From NCBI GenBank assembly GCA_963730935.1, contig CAVSTP010000004.1:864001-928000 (forward strand): a DNA stretch of 64,000 nt. Reading direction: 5' to 3'. The notes beneath the pieces were generated by a model that was not told the DNA's origin, made no database searches, and was given only the letters and a program-made list of their open reading frames with translations. A program made the position numbers and the translations under genes. Source of the DNA: an uncultured Nitrospiraceae bacterium (GTDB lineage Bacteria > Nitrospirota > Nitrospiria > Nitrospirales > Nitrospiraceae). Of the stretch, positions 48,417-57,848 are shown in pieces (within the stretch, counting starts at the first letter, position 1; each line of letters begins with the position of its first letter).

Positions 48417-48626
48417 CTACTGGTAGGGAGGAAGCAGCGGACCTGCCCATTCGCCGGAGCAATCGTCGAGCCGCACGGTGATATCCGCCCGTCCATCGTC
48501 TTCTATCGGCCAGACGTAGAACAGGCTACCGACGCTGTAGATTTTGACTGGATGGGACAGAGATCTTGAGGTGGCTCGATGCCAGTACACGCCCACTAAC
48601 TTCGGCCGTTCGGTCGTCCAACTCAT
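48417..48626 (-). CDS. Small W-rich protein (WTTERP..G.YW...WAGP)
   Basis: Motif pattern shared with 57521..57745. Confidence 0.55.
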   Translation of the reverse strand: MSWTTERPKLVGVYWHRATSRSLSHPVKIYSVGSLFYVWPIEDDGRADITVRLDDCSGEWAGPLLPPYQ

Positions 48627-48865
48627 GAGCAGCGTATCTATGTCTCGTCGGAGAGTCGCGCCGTGGATGGGGCGCAGTTTGTCAGAGACCTTAATATTGG
48701 TCAAGAAGTCGTTTAGCGGCTCGGGTGGCCCCTTGAGGCCGCTGCGGGCTGAATCTTGGTTCAAGAGAAACGGCCTGCCGGCGATTGGGCGTGCCTAACT
48801 TGTGACCAGACACGCTGCGTTGAAACAGTGGCGATCCAGTGATTCCCACGTGTCGCCAAAAGACT

Positions 48866-49942
48866 CTACTTCGGTTCTTCAGACTTCAACGAAGCCATGT
48901 CGATGGAGAAGCGGTATTTCACATCCGATTTCAGCAGTCGGTCATAGGCCTCGTTGACCTTTTGGATGGGGATCACTTCGATATCGGCCGTGATGTTGTG
49001 TGTTCCGCAAAAGTCGAGCATCTCCTGGGTCTCGGGAATCCCGCCGATGGGTGAGCCTGAGAGGCTCCGGCGCCCCAAGATCAGGCTGAAAGCGGCGACT
49101 TCGAGGGGCTTCTCGGGCGCGCCCACGAGCGTGAGCGTGCCATCGCGACGCAGGAGATCGATGTACGCGTTGATGTCGTGATCGGCTGAGACCGCATCAA
49201 GGATGTAATCGAAGCTGCCGGTCTGCTTCTTCATTTCGTCGCTGTGGCGTGAGATCACCACCTCGTCGGCACCCAAACGAAGCGCGTCGTCCTTCTTATT
49301 AGGCGATGTGGTGAAAACTACCACGTATGCACCAAGCGCATGAGCCAGCTTCACCGCCAGATGGCCGAGCCCTCCGAGACCGACCACGCCAACCTTCTTG
49401 CCTTTAGTGACGCCCCAGTGGCGCATGGGCGAGTACGTCGTAATCCCGGCACAGAGGAGTGGCGCGACCCCGGCGAGATCGAGTTTGGCAGGAACACGCA
49501 GGACAAACCGCTCATCCACCACGATGCCTTCCGAGTAGCCGCCGTAGGTGACGCGGCCAAGATGCTTGTCGGGAGAGTTGTAGGTGAGTTTCACACTCGG
49601 ACAGAACTGCTCAAGACCGGCCTGGCACTCGCTGCAAGTGCGATCGGAATCGACCATGCAGCCGACGGCGGCGAGGTCACCGGCCTTGAACTTCGCGACG
49701 GCCGAGCCAACCCTTGTCACGCGGCCGACGATTTCATGGCCCGGGACGCAAGGATAGACCGTTGGCATGACGCTCTTCCATTCATTGCGCACCGTATGAA
49801 GATCGGAGTGGCAGATCCCGCAAAAGAGGATGTCGATGTGGACATCGCGTTCGGTTGTCTCGCGCCGGGGGATCGTGGTGGAGGCAAGCGATGATGTTGG
49901 GCTGGCAGCGGCGTATGCCTTGGCGTTCCAGGTCTTGGCCAT
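48866..49942 (-). CDS. Zn-dependent NAD(P)H alcohol dehydrogenase (CAD/YahK-like)
   Basis: CGICHSD, GHEIVG and GLGGLGH motifs. Confidence 0.93.
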   Translation of the reverse strand: MAKTWNAKAYAAASPTSSLASTTIPRRETTERDVHIDILFCGICHSDLHTVRNEWKSVMPTVYPCVPGHEIVGRVTRVGSAVAKFKAGDLAAVGCMVDSDRTCSECQAGLEQFCPSVKLTYNSPDKHLGRVTYGGYSEGIVVDERFVLRVPAKLDLAGVAPLLCAGITTYSPMRHWGVTKGKKVGVVGLGGLGHLAVKLAHALGAYVVVFTTSPNKKDDALRLGADEVVISRHSDEMKKQTGSFDYILDAVSADHDINAYIDLLRRDGTLTLVGAPEKPLEVAAFSLILGRRSLSGSPIGGIPETQEMLDFCGTHNITADIEVIPIQKVNEAYDRLLKSDVKYRFSIDMASLKSEEPK

Positions 49943-50094
49943 GATGTGTGCTCCTTCCCAAGGGAGGTTTCAGCGGGTGGAGTAGTATCTAACCGTGGGG
50001 TCCCGTTGTCCAGAAGGTAGAGCGGGGCTAGGGCATAATTTCAGGTGAACTATGCAACCGCATAGGGGGATACCGTTGTTTTAGACTCACATCA

Positions 50095-50664
50095 CTACGG
50101 AAGCCCGGATGCCGGTAGTGATCCTGTGCCCCTCCTAGCACCCGACTTTGCTGGACTCGGATTCAAGCTCGCCGCCATGGCCATCGCTTGACTTATTTTT
50201 TTCTTGGCCTCTGTGAGCGCCTGCTGCTGTCTTGCAATTTCGGCCTGTTGCGTCGTCGGAACTTGAGATGCGAGGCGAGCCAGCTCTTTCTCCAGTGCGC
50301 TGATTCGGGCTTGAAGCGCCTGTATCTTTTGTTCAGTCGCCTGCATCTGGTTGTTCCATGTCTGCATCGCATTGGCATAGGCGGCTTTGGTTGCCGGAGT
50401 GGCGTCATTGGGGACCGGGTGAGGTTTGGAGGCTCGCAGTTGCTCGAGTTGCTGCATCAACGATGTGAGGTCTTGATTCAGTGATGAGATCTGTGCGGCG
50501 AGAGCTTGCAGTTGAGTGACTAACGATTGCGTCGCACCGGAACTTTGGAGGGAAGGAGTGGTAGAAGTTGGAGGCAAGGGTGCCTGCGCCAGGATTTCGA
50601 GCCCACTGATGCCCATAGGCGTGAGGATCATGACGCATATCGATATCACTCGGCGAATTCGCAT
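50095..50664 (-). CDS. Exported Gln-rich coiled-coil protein
   Basis: Signal-like N-terminus and heptad repeats. Confidence 0.6.
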   Translation of the reverse strand: MRIRRVISICVMILTPMGISGLEILAQAPLPPTSTTPSLQSSGATQSLVTQLQALAAQISSLNQDLTSLMQQLEQLRASKPHPVPNDATPATKAAYANAMQTWNNQMQATEQKIQALQARISALEKELARLASQVPTTQQAEIARQQQALTEAKKKISQAMAMAASLNPSPAKSGARRGTGSLPASGLP

Positions 50665-50855
50665 CTTATCCTCTCTTTTCCTCACCGGACTGTCGTTCAG
50701 GACGCCGGCCGAGAATAACAACTTACTCTCATCCGCACAACACCCGCTCTCCTGGGCCCTCCTTGCTTAGCCTGTCCTCTCTCTGTAGATTATCCAAGCG
50801 AACACTGCGGCCGGATCAGTGTCAGAGCAGCGACCTATTTGCCAGGGAGGATCGC

Positions 50856-51722
50856 ATGTTCGTTTCAAAATGGTTCGCTGGTGCTTCGATGGCGATATGG
50901 CTGCTGTTGGCCCTCGGTCCAGCAGTTTCTGCCCAACCATCCCGTCCCGACAACGAAATTACGAAGCTGGCCGATGACGTCTATCTCTTCCGGCACCAAT
51001 TTCATCAGGCCATTTTCATCATGACCCCAGAGGGAGTGATCGTCACGGACCCCATTAGCGCCGACGCGGCGGCCTGGCTGAAGGCCGAGATCAAGAAACT
51101 CACGGATCAGCCTGTGCGCTATGTGGTATACAGCCACCATCACAGCGACCACATCACCGGTGGAAGCGTGTTTGCCGATCAGGCGACGTTCGTGAGCCAT
51201 TCGGCGGCTCGGCCGCCTATTGTGGACGCCGCAGATCCTTCAACCCCGGTCCCGAGTCTCACCTTCACTGACCGGATGTTGATCGATCTCGGGGGCAAAC
51301 ACGTTGAACTGATTTATACCGGCAAAAACCATTCGGACAACAGCTTGGTCCTTCTCCTTCCGCAGCACAAACTCCTGTTTGCCGTCGATTTCATTCCCGT
51401 CGAAACGGTGGCCTATCGCACGATGCGAAGCGACTATCCCGACGACTGGATCGAGTCCCTCAAACGGGTCGAGCAATTGGAGTTCGACACACTGGTTCCC
51501 GGCCACGGAAAGATCGGCAGGAAAGAACACGTGCGTCTATTCCGGGGCTATCTCGAAGATCTCAGGGCGGCCGTCGTCGACCAAATCAAGAAAGGCGCCG
51601 GTCTGGAGGAGGCCAAAAAAGCGGTTCAGCTTCCCAAGTATGAGAAGTGGGCACGGTATGCCGACTGGTTCCCTGAAAATGTGGAAGGGATGTATCGCTA
51701 TTACTCGCAAGCCCAGCGCTGA
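50856..51722 (+). CDS. Exported metallo-beta-lactamase fold hydrolase
   Basis: SHHHSDH and VPGHG motifs; signal peptide. Confidence 0.9.
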   Translation: MFVSKWFAGASMAIWLLLALGPAVSAQPSRPDNEITKLADDVYLFRHQFHQAIFIMTPEGVIVTDPISADAAAWLKAEIKKLTDQPVRYVVYSHHHSDHITGGSVFADQATFVSHSAARPPIVDAADPSTPVPSLTFTDRMLIDLGGKHVELIYTGKNHSDNSLVLLLPQHKLLFAVDFIPVETVAYRTMRSDYPDDWIESLKRVEQLEFDTLVPGHGKIGRKEHVRLFRGYLEDLRAAVVDQIKKGAGLEEAKKAVQLPKYEKWARYADWFPENVEGMYRYYSQAQR

Positions 51723-51735
51723 GAATCAAAAGAAC

Positions 51736-52353
51736 GTGAGACCCGTCCATGTAGCTGCCCGGTTGCTCTGCCTCTTCTCCGCTCTGCTCTTTCTGCAAGG
51801 CTGTCCTGCCAAACCGCCTCCAGGCGGCCGCTTTCCTATCACGAACGGTTCCCATACCATCCTGCCAACCACCGAACATCACATCCTGATCTGGGCAGAT
51901 CCTCCCCTGACGGAGATGGCGGTCGAATGGCTGCGGACTCATCACTACGCGAATATCCAACTACCCGAGAAGGCTCCGGTGCGGGCGCCTCAGATCTCTC
52001 ACGATTTCTCAACCCGCAAAGCGGCGCTCGCTGTCGCACAGGAGATGAAAGCGGAGGTCGTGCTCTTTCTTGAACGGGAAGCAACAAAGGATGGGGCACT
52101 GATCGAGCCCCACTGCGGGGCTCTCTACCATGTGAATGTCAAGCTGCAAGGCCTATCGGTGGAGAGTGGAAACACCGCACTTCGAGGCAGCGCCCATTAC
52201 CCACATTGCGTCGATCTCAGCGACACAACGACCCGGAGTCTTACCTGCCAGGCCTTTGCCACAGCCTGGGGCTTCCGGCCGTCAGGTCAACTCGAAATTC
52301 CGTCGAATTTGATGTGCACCACTGGGCAGACGGCTCCGACACCGAACCGCTAG
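51736..52353 (+). CDS. Hypothetical lipoprotein
   Basis: LQGC lipobox; layout resembles 11355..11960. Confidence 0.65.
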   Translation: MRPVHVAARLLCLFSALLFLQGCPAKPPPGGRFPITNGSHTILPTTEHHILIWADPPLTEMAVEWLRTHHYANIQLPEKAPVRAPQISHDFSTRKAALAVAQEMKAEVVLFLEREATKDGALIEPHCGALYHVNVKLQGLSVESGNTALRGSAHYPHCVDLSDTTTRSLTCQAFATAWGFRPSGQLEIPSNLMCTTGQTAPTPNR

Positions 52354-52428
52354 CTGGCTGAAATCTCCTTCCAACCCGCGTGTCGATCTCACTAGGGAGA
52401 CAGCCTCTAAGTTGGCAGAACTGACCCC

Positions 52429-53022
52429 TTACGGTTTTTTTACGGGAAAGCTGATCACCAGCCCTCCCATGACGTCGCCGACCTTGAAATCCTTCTTCGG
52501 GCTGCTCGGATGGGCGTTGTGGCATTCGACGCACGCCGCTGTGACGGCAACATCGGCATAGACCGCTTCGAATATCTGTTCTGCGCTGCCTTCGACGGTG
52601 CTGGAATAGGGTCTGGTGGGCCGCGCCTGAACTTCCTTCAGCCCGCGCCGCTCGAATTCAGTGGTCGCTGCATTGGCCTTGTTGATCGGCCACTGACTGA
52701 TCAACCGATAGCGGACGTTTGGACCCGTCAGTTCCGCGATTTCGCTTGTTTCCTGCACGAGCTGTACCGGCAGCGGCAAGGAATGATCGGTCTTCCAGTT
52801 TTCCGACACATCGACAATGCGCTCTTGCCGAAGTCGGTTGGCAATGTGGATGGTGTAAAAATGCCGATGAGCCATGATGACGGCACGCAAATAGTCGGCA
52901 ACAGTCTCAGCCGGAACTCCCACAGAAGAGCCGGATTTCTTGTCGATGGCGAATATGTTCGGGGCAACCAGCACGGCGATGGTGGCAATGCCGGCGATCC
53001 AGGTCACAGCTTTCCTGGTCAT
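52429..53022 (-). CDS. DUF3365 (Tll0287-like) c-type heme protein
   Basis: PINKAN....FE..GL, CVECH and GDVMGG motifs. Confidence 0.88.
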   Translation of the reverse strand: MTRKAVTWIAGIATIAVLVAPNIFAIDKKSGSSVGVPAETVADYLRAVIMAHRHFYTIHIANRLRQERIVDVSENWKTDHSLPLPVQLVQETSEIAELTGPNVRYRLISQWPINKANAATTEFERRGLKEVQARPTRPYSSTVEGSAEQIFEAVYADVAVTAACVECHNAHPSSPKKDFKVGDVMGGLVISFPVKKP

Positions 53023-53858
53023 GATACCCTCTCTTTCCTTTCCGTGGGGGTTGGATCCACCGGCAACGGGGTGGAGTCAAATCCGTATTTCGCCAACAGC
53101 TTCTGTATGCGAGGCGTCATCAGAAAATCGGAAAATTTTTCCGCGACCAGGCGCAATGAGGCTCGGCACGTGGAGGACACGGCTTGTCCAAACTGAATCG
53201 GCACGAACGTTCCGATGGGGTCTTCGTCGCTGATGCGCACATGCCCGGTGTTGATCGAGTCCACGCGATAGACCAGACCCACATCGGCTTTACCTGTGCG
53301 AATGAGATTCATAATGTCGTCACTGTGGGACGCGTACAGAATGTTGGGACGGCTTTTATAGGCCGGGGAGAGTTTTGCGAGCACCCGTGCTGTGACGTCT
53401 CCCAGTGAAGACGTCTGAGGATCCCCAAGGGCAATGCGTATGGACCGGTTCGCCAACGCATCATGAAGAGACATCAACGCTGCCGGCGAGTCCGACGACA
53501 TCACGAGCACCAGGGACGTCTGCGCGAAGATGCGAGGATGCCCGTTGAGCGTCAGTCCCTTCTTGTGCAGATACTCGACTTCTTCGATCCCTGCCGAGAG
53601 AAACATATCGATCGGAGCTTTCTTTTCGATTTGCCGAAGAAGTGTTTTCGACGGGGTGTAGACGATATTGACCGGCGCATCATATTCCCGTTCGAACATG
53701 GGCAGGATTTCGCTGAACGCCGGCCGTAAACTGGGAGGCGCCCCCACGGTCAAAAACTCAGCCTGTACCGGCTCCCATGTCCCGAGGAGGCCGAGCAATC
53801 CCACGAGAGTGGCGGTGACGAGCCTCGACGTTCGAATACCCACACTGAACCTCCCCAC
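53019..53858 (-). CDS. ModA-like molybdate-binding periplasmic protein
   Basis: PSLRPAF, SKTLLRQI...APIDMFLSA, ADVGLVY.VD and KYGF motifs. Confidence 0.8.
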   Translation of the reverse strand: MGRFSVGIRTSRLVTATLVGLLGLLGTWEPVQAEFLTVGAPPSLRPAFSEILPMFEREYDAPVNIVYTPSKTLLRQIEKKAPIDMFLSAGIEEVEYLHKKGLTLNGHPRIFAQTSLVLVMSSDSPAALMSLHDALANRSIRIALGDPQTSSLGDVTARVLAKLSPAYKSRPNILYASHSDDIMNLIRTGKADVGLVYRVDSINTGHVRISDEDPIGTFVPIQFGQAVSSTCRASLRLVAEKFSDFLMTPRIQKLLAKYGFDSTPLPVDPTPTERKERVS

Positions 53859-53987
53859 GTCCGCTTGATGCGAAGTGCAAGCCCCTACGGCTCTTGCCTG
53901 ATACAGAGAGATTACAGGAAGGGTTCGCAGCCTTCAATGCCAGAAGTGGAGCAGCCGCCTTGGGAAGTGGATGTGGCGTGAACCGGA

Positions 53988-54542
53988 CTAGAGACAATAG
54001 TCATCGCCTGTGTGACTCATGACTTTCCTGCTCACAGGTAGGGGCCTAGCCATCGTCACCTCCCCTCGCGCGCCTTCTAGATCGAGTAATCTCGCTTTGA
54101 TCTCCAGTCCTCCGGCAAACCCCGTCAGCTTTCCTGACGCGCCGATCACGCGATGGCACGGAACAATGATGGACAAAGGGTTCTTGCTATTGGCCAGGCC
54201 CACCGCTCGTGACGCCGAGCTATTGCCTATCGCGAGTGCTAGTTGACCGTAACTTCGAGTCTGGCCATATGGAATACGCAGAAGCTGTTGCCAGACTCTT
54301 TTCTGAAAGGCCGTTCCTTGGAACCGAAGCGGCAGGTCAAACGTCGTCCTCTCGCCCTTGAAATACTCCGCTAGTTGACGTTCCGCCTCAGCGAGGACGG
54401 GATGAGGGAGATCTTCATGCATCTCGTCAAGCTTGATACGAAGCGGCCGGTCGTTCGGCCAGAGCACCGCGATGAGCCCCCGTCCGTCTGCCACCAGCTT
54501 GAGTCTGCCAATTGGGGAGGCCATGTGTTTGTAGGCCAGCAT
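53988..54542 (-). CDS. ogt: Methylated-DNA-protein-cysteine methyltransferase
   Basis: GTAFQ, IPYGQTRSY and PCHRV motifs. Confidence 0.93.
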   Translation of the reverse strand: MLAYKHMASPIGRLKLVADGRGLIAVLWPNDRPLRIKLDEMHEDLPHPVLAEAERQLAEYFKGERTTFDLPLRFQGTAFQKRVWQQLLRIPYGQTRSYGQLALAIGNSSASRAVGLANSKNPLSIIVPCHRVIGASGKLTGFAGGLEIKARLLDLEGARGEVTMARPLPVSRKVMSHTGDDYCL

Positions 54543-55992
54543 GCCGAGTCTTCCTTTCTTGATGTGAGTCGTGCCTGTACTCATTCCACAGATACATTGC
54601 CAGATAGCCACGCCATGGTCTGGCCGCGTCCGGATCGAAATCCGGCTTGGCTTCGACGAAACGTTGCAAGACCAGATCCGTCGCTGGGAACGCGTCCGTG
54701 TCGCCCAAGGCTCTAAGCGCCATGTATTCGGCGCTCCATGCCCCAATGCCCTTCACGGTTTGAACAGCGCGTTTGAAGTCATCCAGATCCTGAGCAGGTT
54801 CAAGCTGAATGGACCCTTCAGCCACACGCGAAGAGAACTCGCGAATCGCCGCTCGTTTCTGGCGCGTGACCTCCAGCCCCTGTAGATTTGACTCTGCCAG
54901 GGTGCGTGGAGTGGGAAAAACGCGCACAGGCTCGCCGGATACGGGATGCACGATGTGCTCACCATACGTCGCCACGAGTTGCCCCATAAGGCGTGAGGCA
55001 TGCGTCACGGAAATCACTTGGCCGATGATCGTGCCAATCGCGGTTTCAAACGGATCAAATCCTCGAGCCAGTCTGGCCCCAGGATATTTCCCTTGAAGCG
55101 AGCTGAGGAATGGCGACCGAGCGAACGCCTGTGCGATGAGGAGGGGGTCTGAGTCCAAATCGAACATGTGCCTGATGCGCTGTACGGCGCGCAAGAGGTG
55201 CCTGGTATCGGAGATGTTCATCTCGAGGAACAGCTCAGGCTTGTGGGCATGGGCCCTTGCCCGAAAAAAGCCTGTCGTGTCGGTGCCTCCCAGCGTGAAC
55301 ACTCGGGAGTAGGTATCGGTCTCGATCGTTTCGACGCCGGCAATGTGGTGCCGCCGATAGTAATCAAGTACCCCATCCCAAGCGATTGGAGGTCGATACG
55401 GCAGAGACACTTGAATCATCTGTGTAGCCTGAGCGGCTTTGTGCAACGATCGGAGCGCTGACGGCGGACGATCGAACCGTCTTTTAACTGCGTCGTTGAA
55501 TCGACGGAGCGAACGGAACCCCGCAGAAAAGGCGATCTCCGTCATGGGAAGATGCGTTTCCATGATCAGCTTCCTGGCAAAATTGAGCCTGGCGTTGTCA
55601 TGAAGCTGCTTTGGCGTCTGTCCAAATTCTTGTTCGAACAACCGTCGTAAATGTCGTGCCGTCATTCCCAGCCGCTCGGCGAACGCGTCCTCGGTTTGCT
55701 GTTCAAGGGCTCTCTGTGCAATGAGTTTGAGTGCCCGCTCGATAGAGGCGTGCTTGCCGTTCCAGGCAGGAGATCCGGGGGCAGCCTCCGGACGGCACCG
55801 CAAGCACGGTCGATACCCGGCCTTCTCCGCTGCCTGCGCCGTCTTGAAGAACTCGACATTCTCACGCTTGGGACGAGCGGGGCAGATTGGACGACAGTAC
55901 ACACCCGTCGTTTTTACGGCAACGAAGAACCTGCCGTCAAAGCGGGGATCTCTTGCCAACACAGCTTGATAACAGGTCTCGTGACTGGTCAT
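54427..55992 (-). CDS. alkA: Ada Zn domain / AraC / AlkA DNA-3-methyladenine glycosylase fusion
   Basis: YCRPIC, RPCLRCRPE, AraC HTH, GIGAWSAEY..LR and FPATD motifs. Confidence 0.92.
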   Translation of the reverse strand: MTSHETCYQAVLARDPRFDGRFFVAVKTTGVYCRPICPARPKRENVEFFKTAQAAEKAGYRPCLRCRPEAAPGSPAWNGKHASIERALKLIAQRALEQQTEDAFAERLGMTARHLRRLFEQEFGQTPKQLHDNARLNFARKLIMETHLPMTEIAFSAGFRSLRRFNDAVKRRFDRPPSALRSLHKAAQATQMIQVSLPYRPPIAWDGVLDYYRRHHIAGVETIETDTYSRVFTLGGTDTTGFFRARAHAHKPELFLEMNISDTRHLLRAVQRIRHMFDLDSDPLLIAQAFARSPFLSSLQGKYPGARLARGFDPFETAIGTIIGQVISVTHASRLMGQLVATYGEHIVHPVSGEPVRVFPTPRTLAESNLQGLEVTRQKRAAIREFSSRVAEGSIQLEPAQDLDDFKRAVQTVKGIGAWSAEYMALRALGDTDAFPATDLVLQRFVEAKPDFDPDAARPWRGYLAMYLWNEYRHDSHQERKTRHAGLQTHGLPNWQTQAGGRRTGAHRGALAERPAASYQA

Positions 55993-56116
55993 CGGTTTCT
56001 CATCGACGATACTCTCTACTGTAAAAGATGCGATGGCCGAACACTCGCCGGATTCGGACCTGAAGTCCTGCAGCGAGAAGAGCATACGCGGTACGACTGA
56101 TCAAATCGAGATGCCA

Positions 56117-56145
56117 TAGACCGGGAAGGGCCAAACACGTAGAAT
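56117..56145 (+). promoter_or_regulatory. Sigma70-like promoter TAGACC-N17-TAGAAT
   Basis: CATAGACCGGGAAGGGCCAAACACGTAGAAT. Confidence 0.65.
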
Positions 56146-56183
56146 GCGCCCACCCGCTTTTCACCTGACACCAAGGACAGGTT

Positions 56184-56717
56184 ATGACGGATTATGGCAG
56201 GGTGCCGCGATGGGCCGTGTGTCTGACATTGGTCGCCACGATGATGGTTGCACTCTGGGGATGTGCCGCTGTGCCGCGGCGGTATACTTGGATGGCTGAG
56301 CCTGGAGTCACGCTCACCATGCTGAGCACGAATCCGCAACCGTATGTAGGAAAGGTCGTGCTCTTGGGAGGCACGATCCTGGAAGAGGAAGAACACGATA
56401 CAGTCCTGATGCTCCGTCTGAAGAATCGTCCCCTGGACCAGGATTACAAGCCTCACCGTCCCGCCGACTCGGGCAGTCCTGAAGCCGGGTCGTACTGGGT
56501 CATGGTGTCGAAGAAGCAGGTCCCGCCAAAATTTCGAAACTGGGCGCGTGCGACAGTCGTCGGTCGGGTCACAGGTGCACAGCGATACCAGACTGAGCCA
56601 GTGCTCACGCTCATCTACATGCGAGGTTGGGGAGCGAGCGGCGATCATGCAGGCATCTGGGAGAATGTCGATCCGAATTATGTGCCGTCCGTTCCAGGCA
56701 GCATCGACGTAAACTAA
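56184..56717 (+). CDS. Slp-family outer-membrane lipoprotein
   Basis: LWGC lipobox; P..YVGKVVLLGG.I and TVVGRV.G motifs. Confidence 0.75.
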   Translation: MTDYGRVPRWAVCLTLVATMMVALWGCAAVPRRYTWMAEPGVTLTMLSTNPQPYVGKVVLLGGTILEEEEHDTVLMLRLKNRPLDQDYKPHRPADSGSPEAGSYWVMVSKKQVPPKFRNWARATVVGRVTGAQRYQTEPVLTLIYMRGWGASGDHAGIWENVDPNYVPSVPGSIDVN

Positions 56718-57032
56718 ACCATTGGCCGATAAAAGCCACATTGGAGCCCATGGGACCCTACAAGAACGTCCGTCATTCCTCCTACGCAGTCCTCCGGATT
56801 CCCAAGCTCGTTTGAATCGATTATTCTCCGCCGAGAATGTTTTCACCATTAATGTGTTCAATGAAGTCCATCTCTGTATGCATTTCGCTTCGATCCATTT
56901 ATGTCTGCTGAATTCAGCAGTTTCTGCGAAACACGTTCCCTCTATGCACTCTCGCTGCTACAATGTCCGTGAGTCGAATGGGTCCAGCAGTGTGGTCACT
57001 CATGGTTCTCGCATGTATTCCGTGATGACTTC

Positions 57033-57048
57033 CGGCATTAACTTTGCT
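57033..57048 (+). promoter_or_regulatory. Sigma54 promoter
   Basis: CGGCATTAACTTTGCT (GG-N10-GC). Confidence 0.6.
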
Positions 57049-57062
57049 CGTTCACTCTCGTT

Positions 57063-57437
57063 ATGAAAGTCGTTTGTGCCTGGTGTGAGACTGAAGGGAA
57101 GGAGACGCTGATCGGTGAGATCGGCCTCTACGACATCGAAATCACCTCTCACGGAATTTGTATCGACCATGAGAAGGTCTTATTGAACCAAATTAAAGAC
57201 CTTAGGCTGAAACAGAATCCAAGACTGCGAAGGCCGAGACGTCCGCGCATACAGTCCAGATCGCCGGGTTCACCGACGGTACCGAACTGCACGACACCTT
57301 GGCGGCGGCGGCGTACGCATCGTATGACTGCCGCACAGTTGAGCCTCCCGTTCGGTGACGGTGAGGTTCAGGTCGATGTCGTCGATCAGGAGTTTGGGGT
57401 GCTCCAGCCTGAAGCGATGTCGAACGAGGCTACGTAG
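57063..57437 (+). CDS. Small putative Zn-binding protein
   Basis: CAWC...SHGIC..H. Confidence 0.65.
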   Translation: MKVVCAWCETEGKETLIGEIGLYDIEITSHGICIDHEKVLLNQIKDLRLKQNPRLRRPRRPRIQSRSPGSPTVPNCTTPWRRRRTHRMTAAQLSLPFGDGEVQVDVVDQEFGVLQPEAMSNEAT

Positions 57438-57520
57438 GATTCTTAAACCGAGGGAACTCCCCAGCTTCGCGAATCTCCAAGACGGCTTACGATAATGATT
57501 CACTGTCGTAAGGTGCGTCA

Positions 57521-57745
57521 ATGACTCTCGCGACTCCTCCCCCAGATCAGGCCGGATTCTACTGGTTCCGCTACGACAACCTGTCCTCGCACGTGCACTT
57601 CAAGGTATTGCTCGAAGTCATCCAGATGCAGCCCAAGGCCACCGAGATCGGCGGAAAATTCGTCGTCCGGTGGTTTAATCAGCTCGTCCCGTTGGAGCAA
57701 GTGCCGGAAGGCCTGTGGGGCGGACCAGTCCGGGACCTGAGATAA
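57521..57745 (+). CDS. Small protein (P..AG.YW.R...W.GP)
   Basis: AAGGTG RBS; motif shared with 48417..48626. Confidence 0.6.
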   Translation: MTLATPPPDQAGFYWFRYDNLSSHVHFKVLLEVIQMQPKATEIGGKFVVRWFNQLVPLEQVPEGLWGGPVRDLR

Positions 57746-57810
57746 ACGCGCGCTTCGCCGAGCCTTCATCTCACCCAGACGAAGGTCCAGTTTTATGCTT
57801 GTGAAATGAA

Positions 57811-57839
57811 GCCGCAGCCCGAAGGGTCAGAGCTGCGGC
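57811..57839. terminator. Hairpin between convergent genes
   Basis: GCCGCAGC...GCTGCGGC. Confidence 0.6.
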
Positions 57840-57848
57840 TTGTGTTGT

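Noticed and set aside
56016..56861. 281-aa minus-strand ORF
   Set aside because: Mostly antisense to the Slp lipoprotein gene; no motifs.
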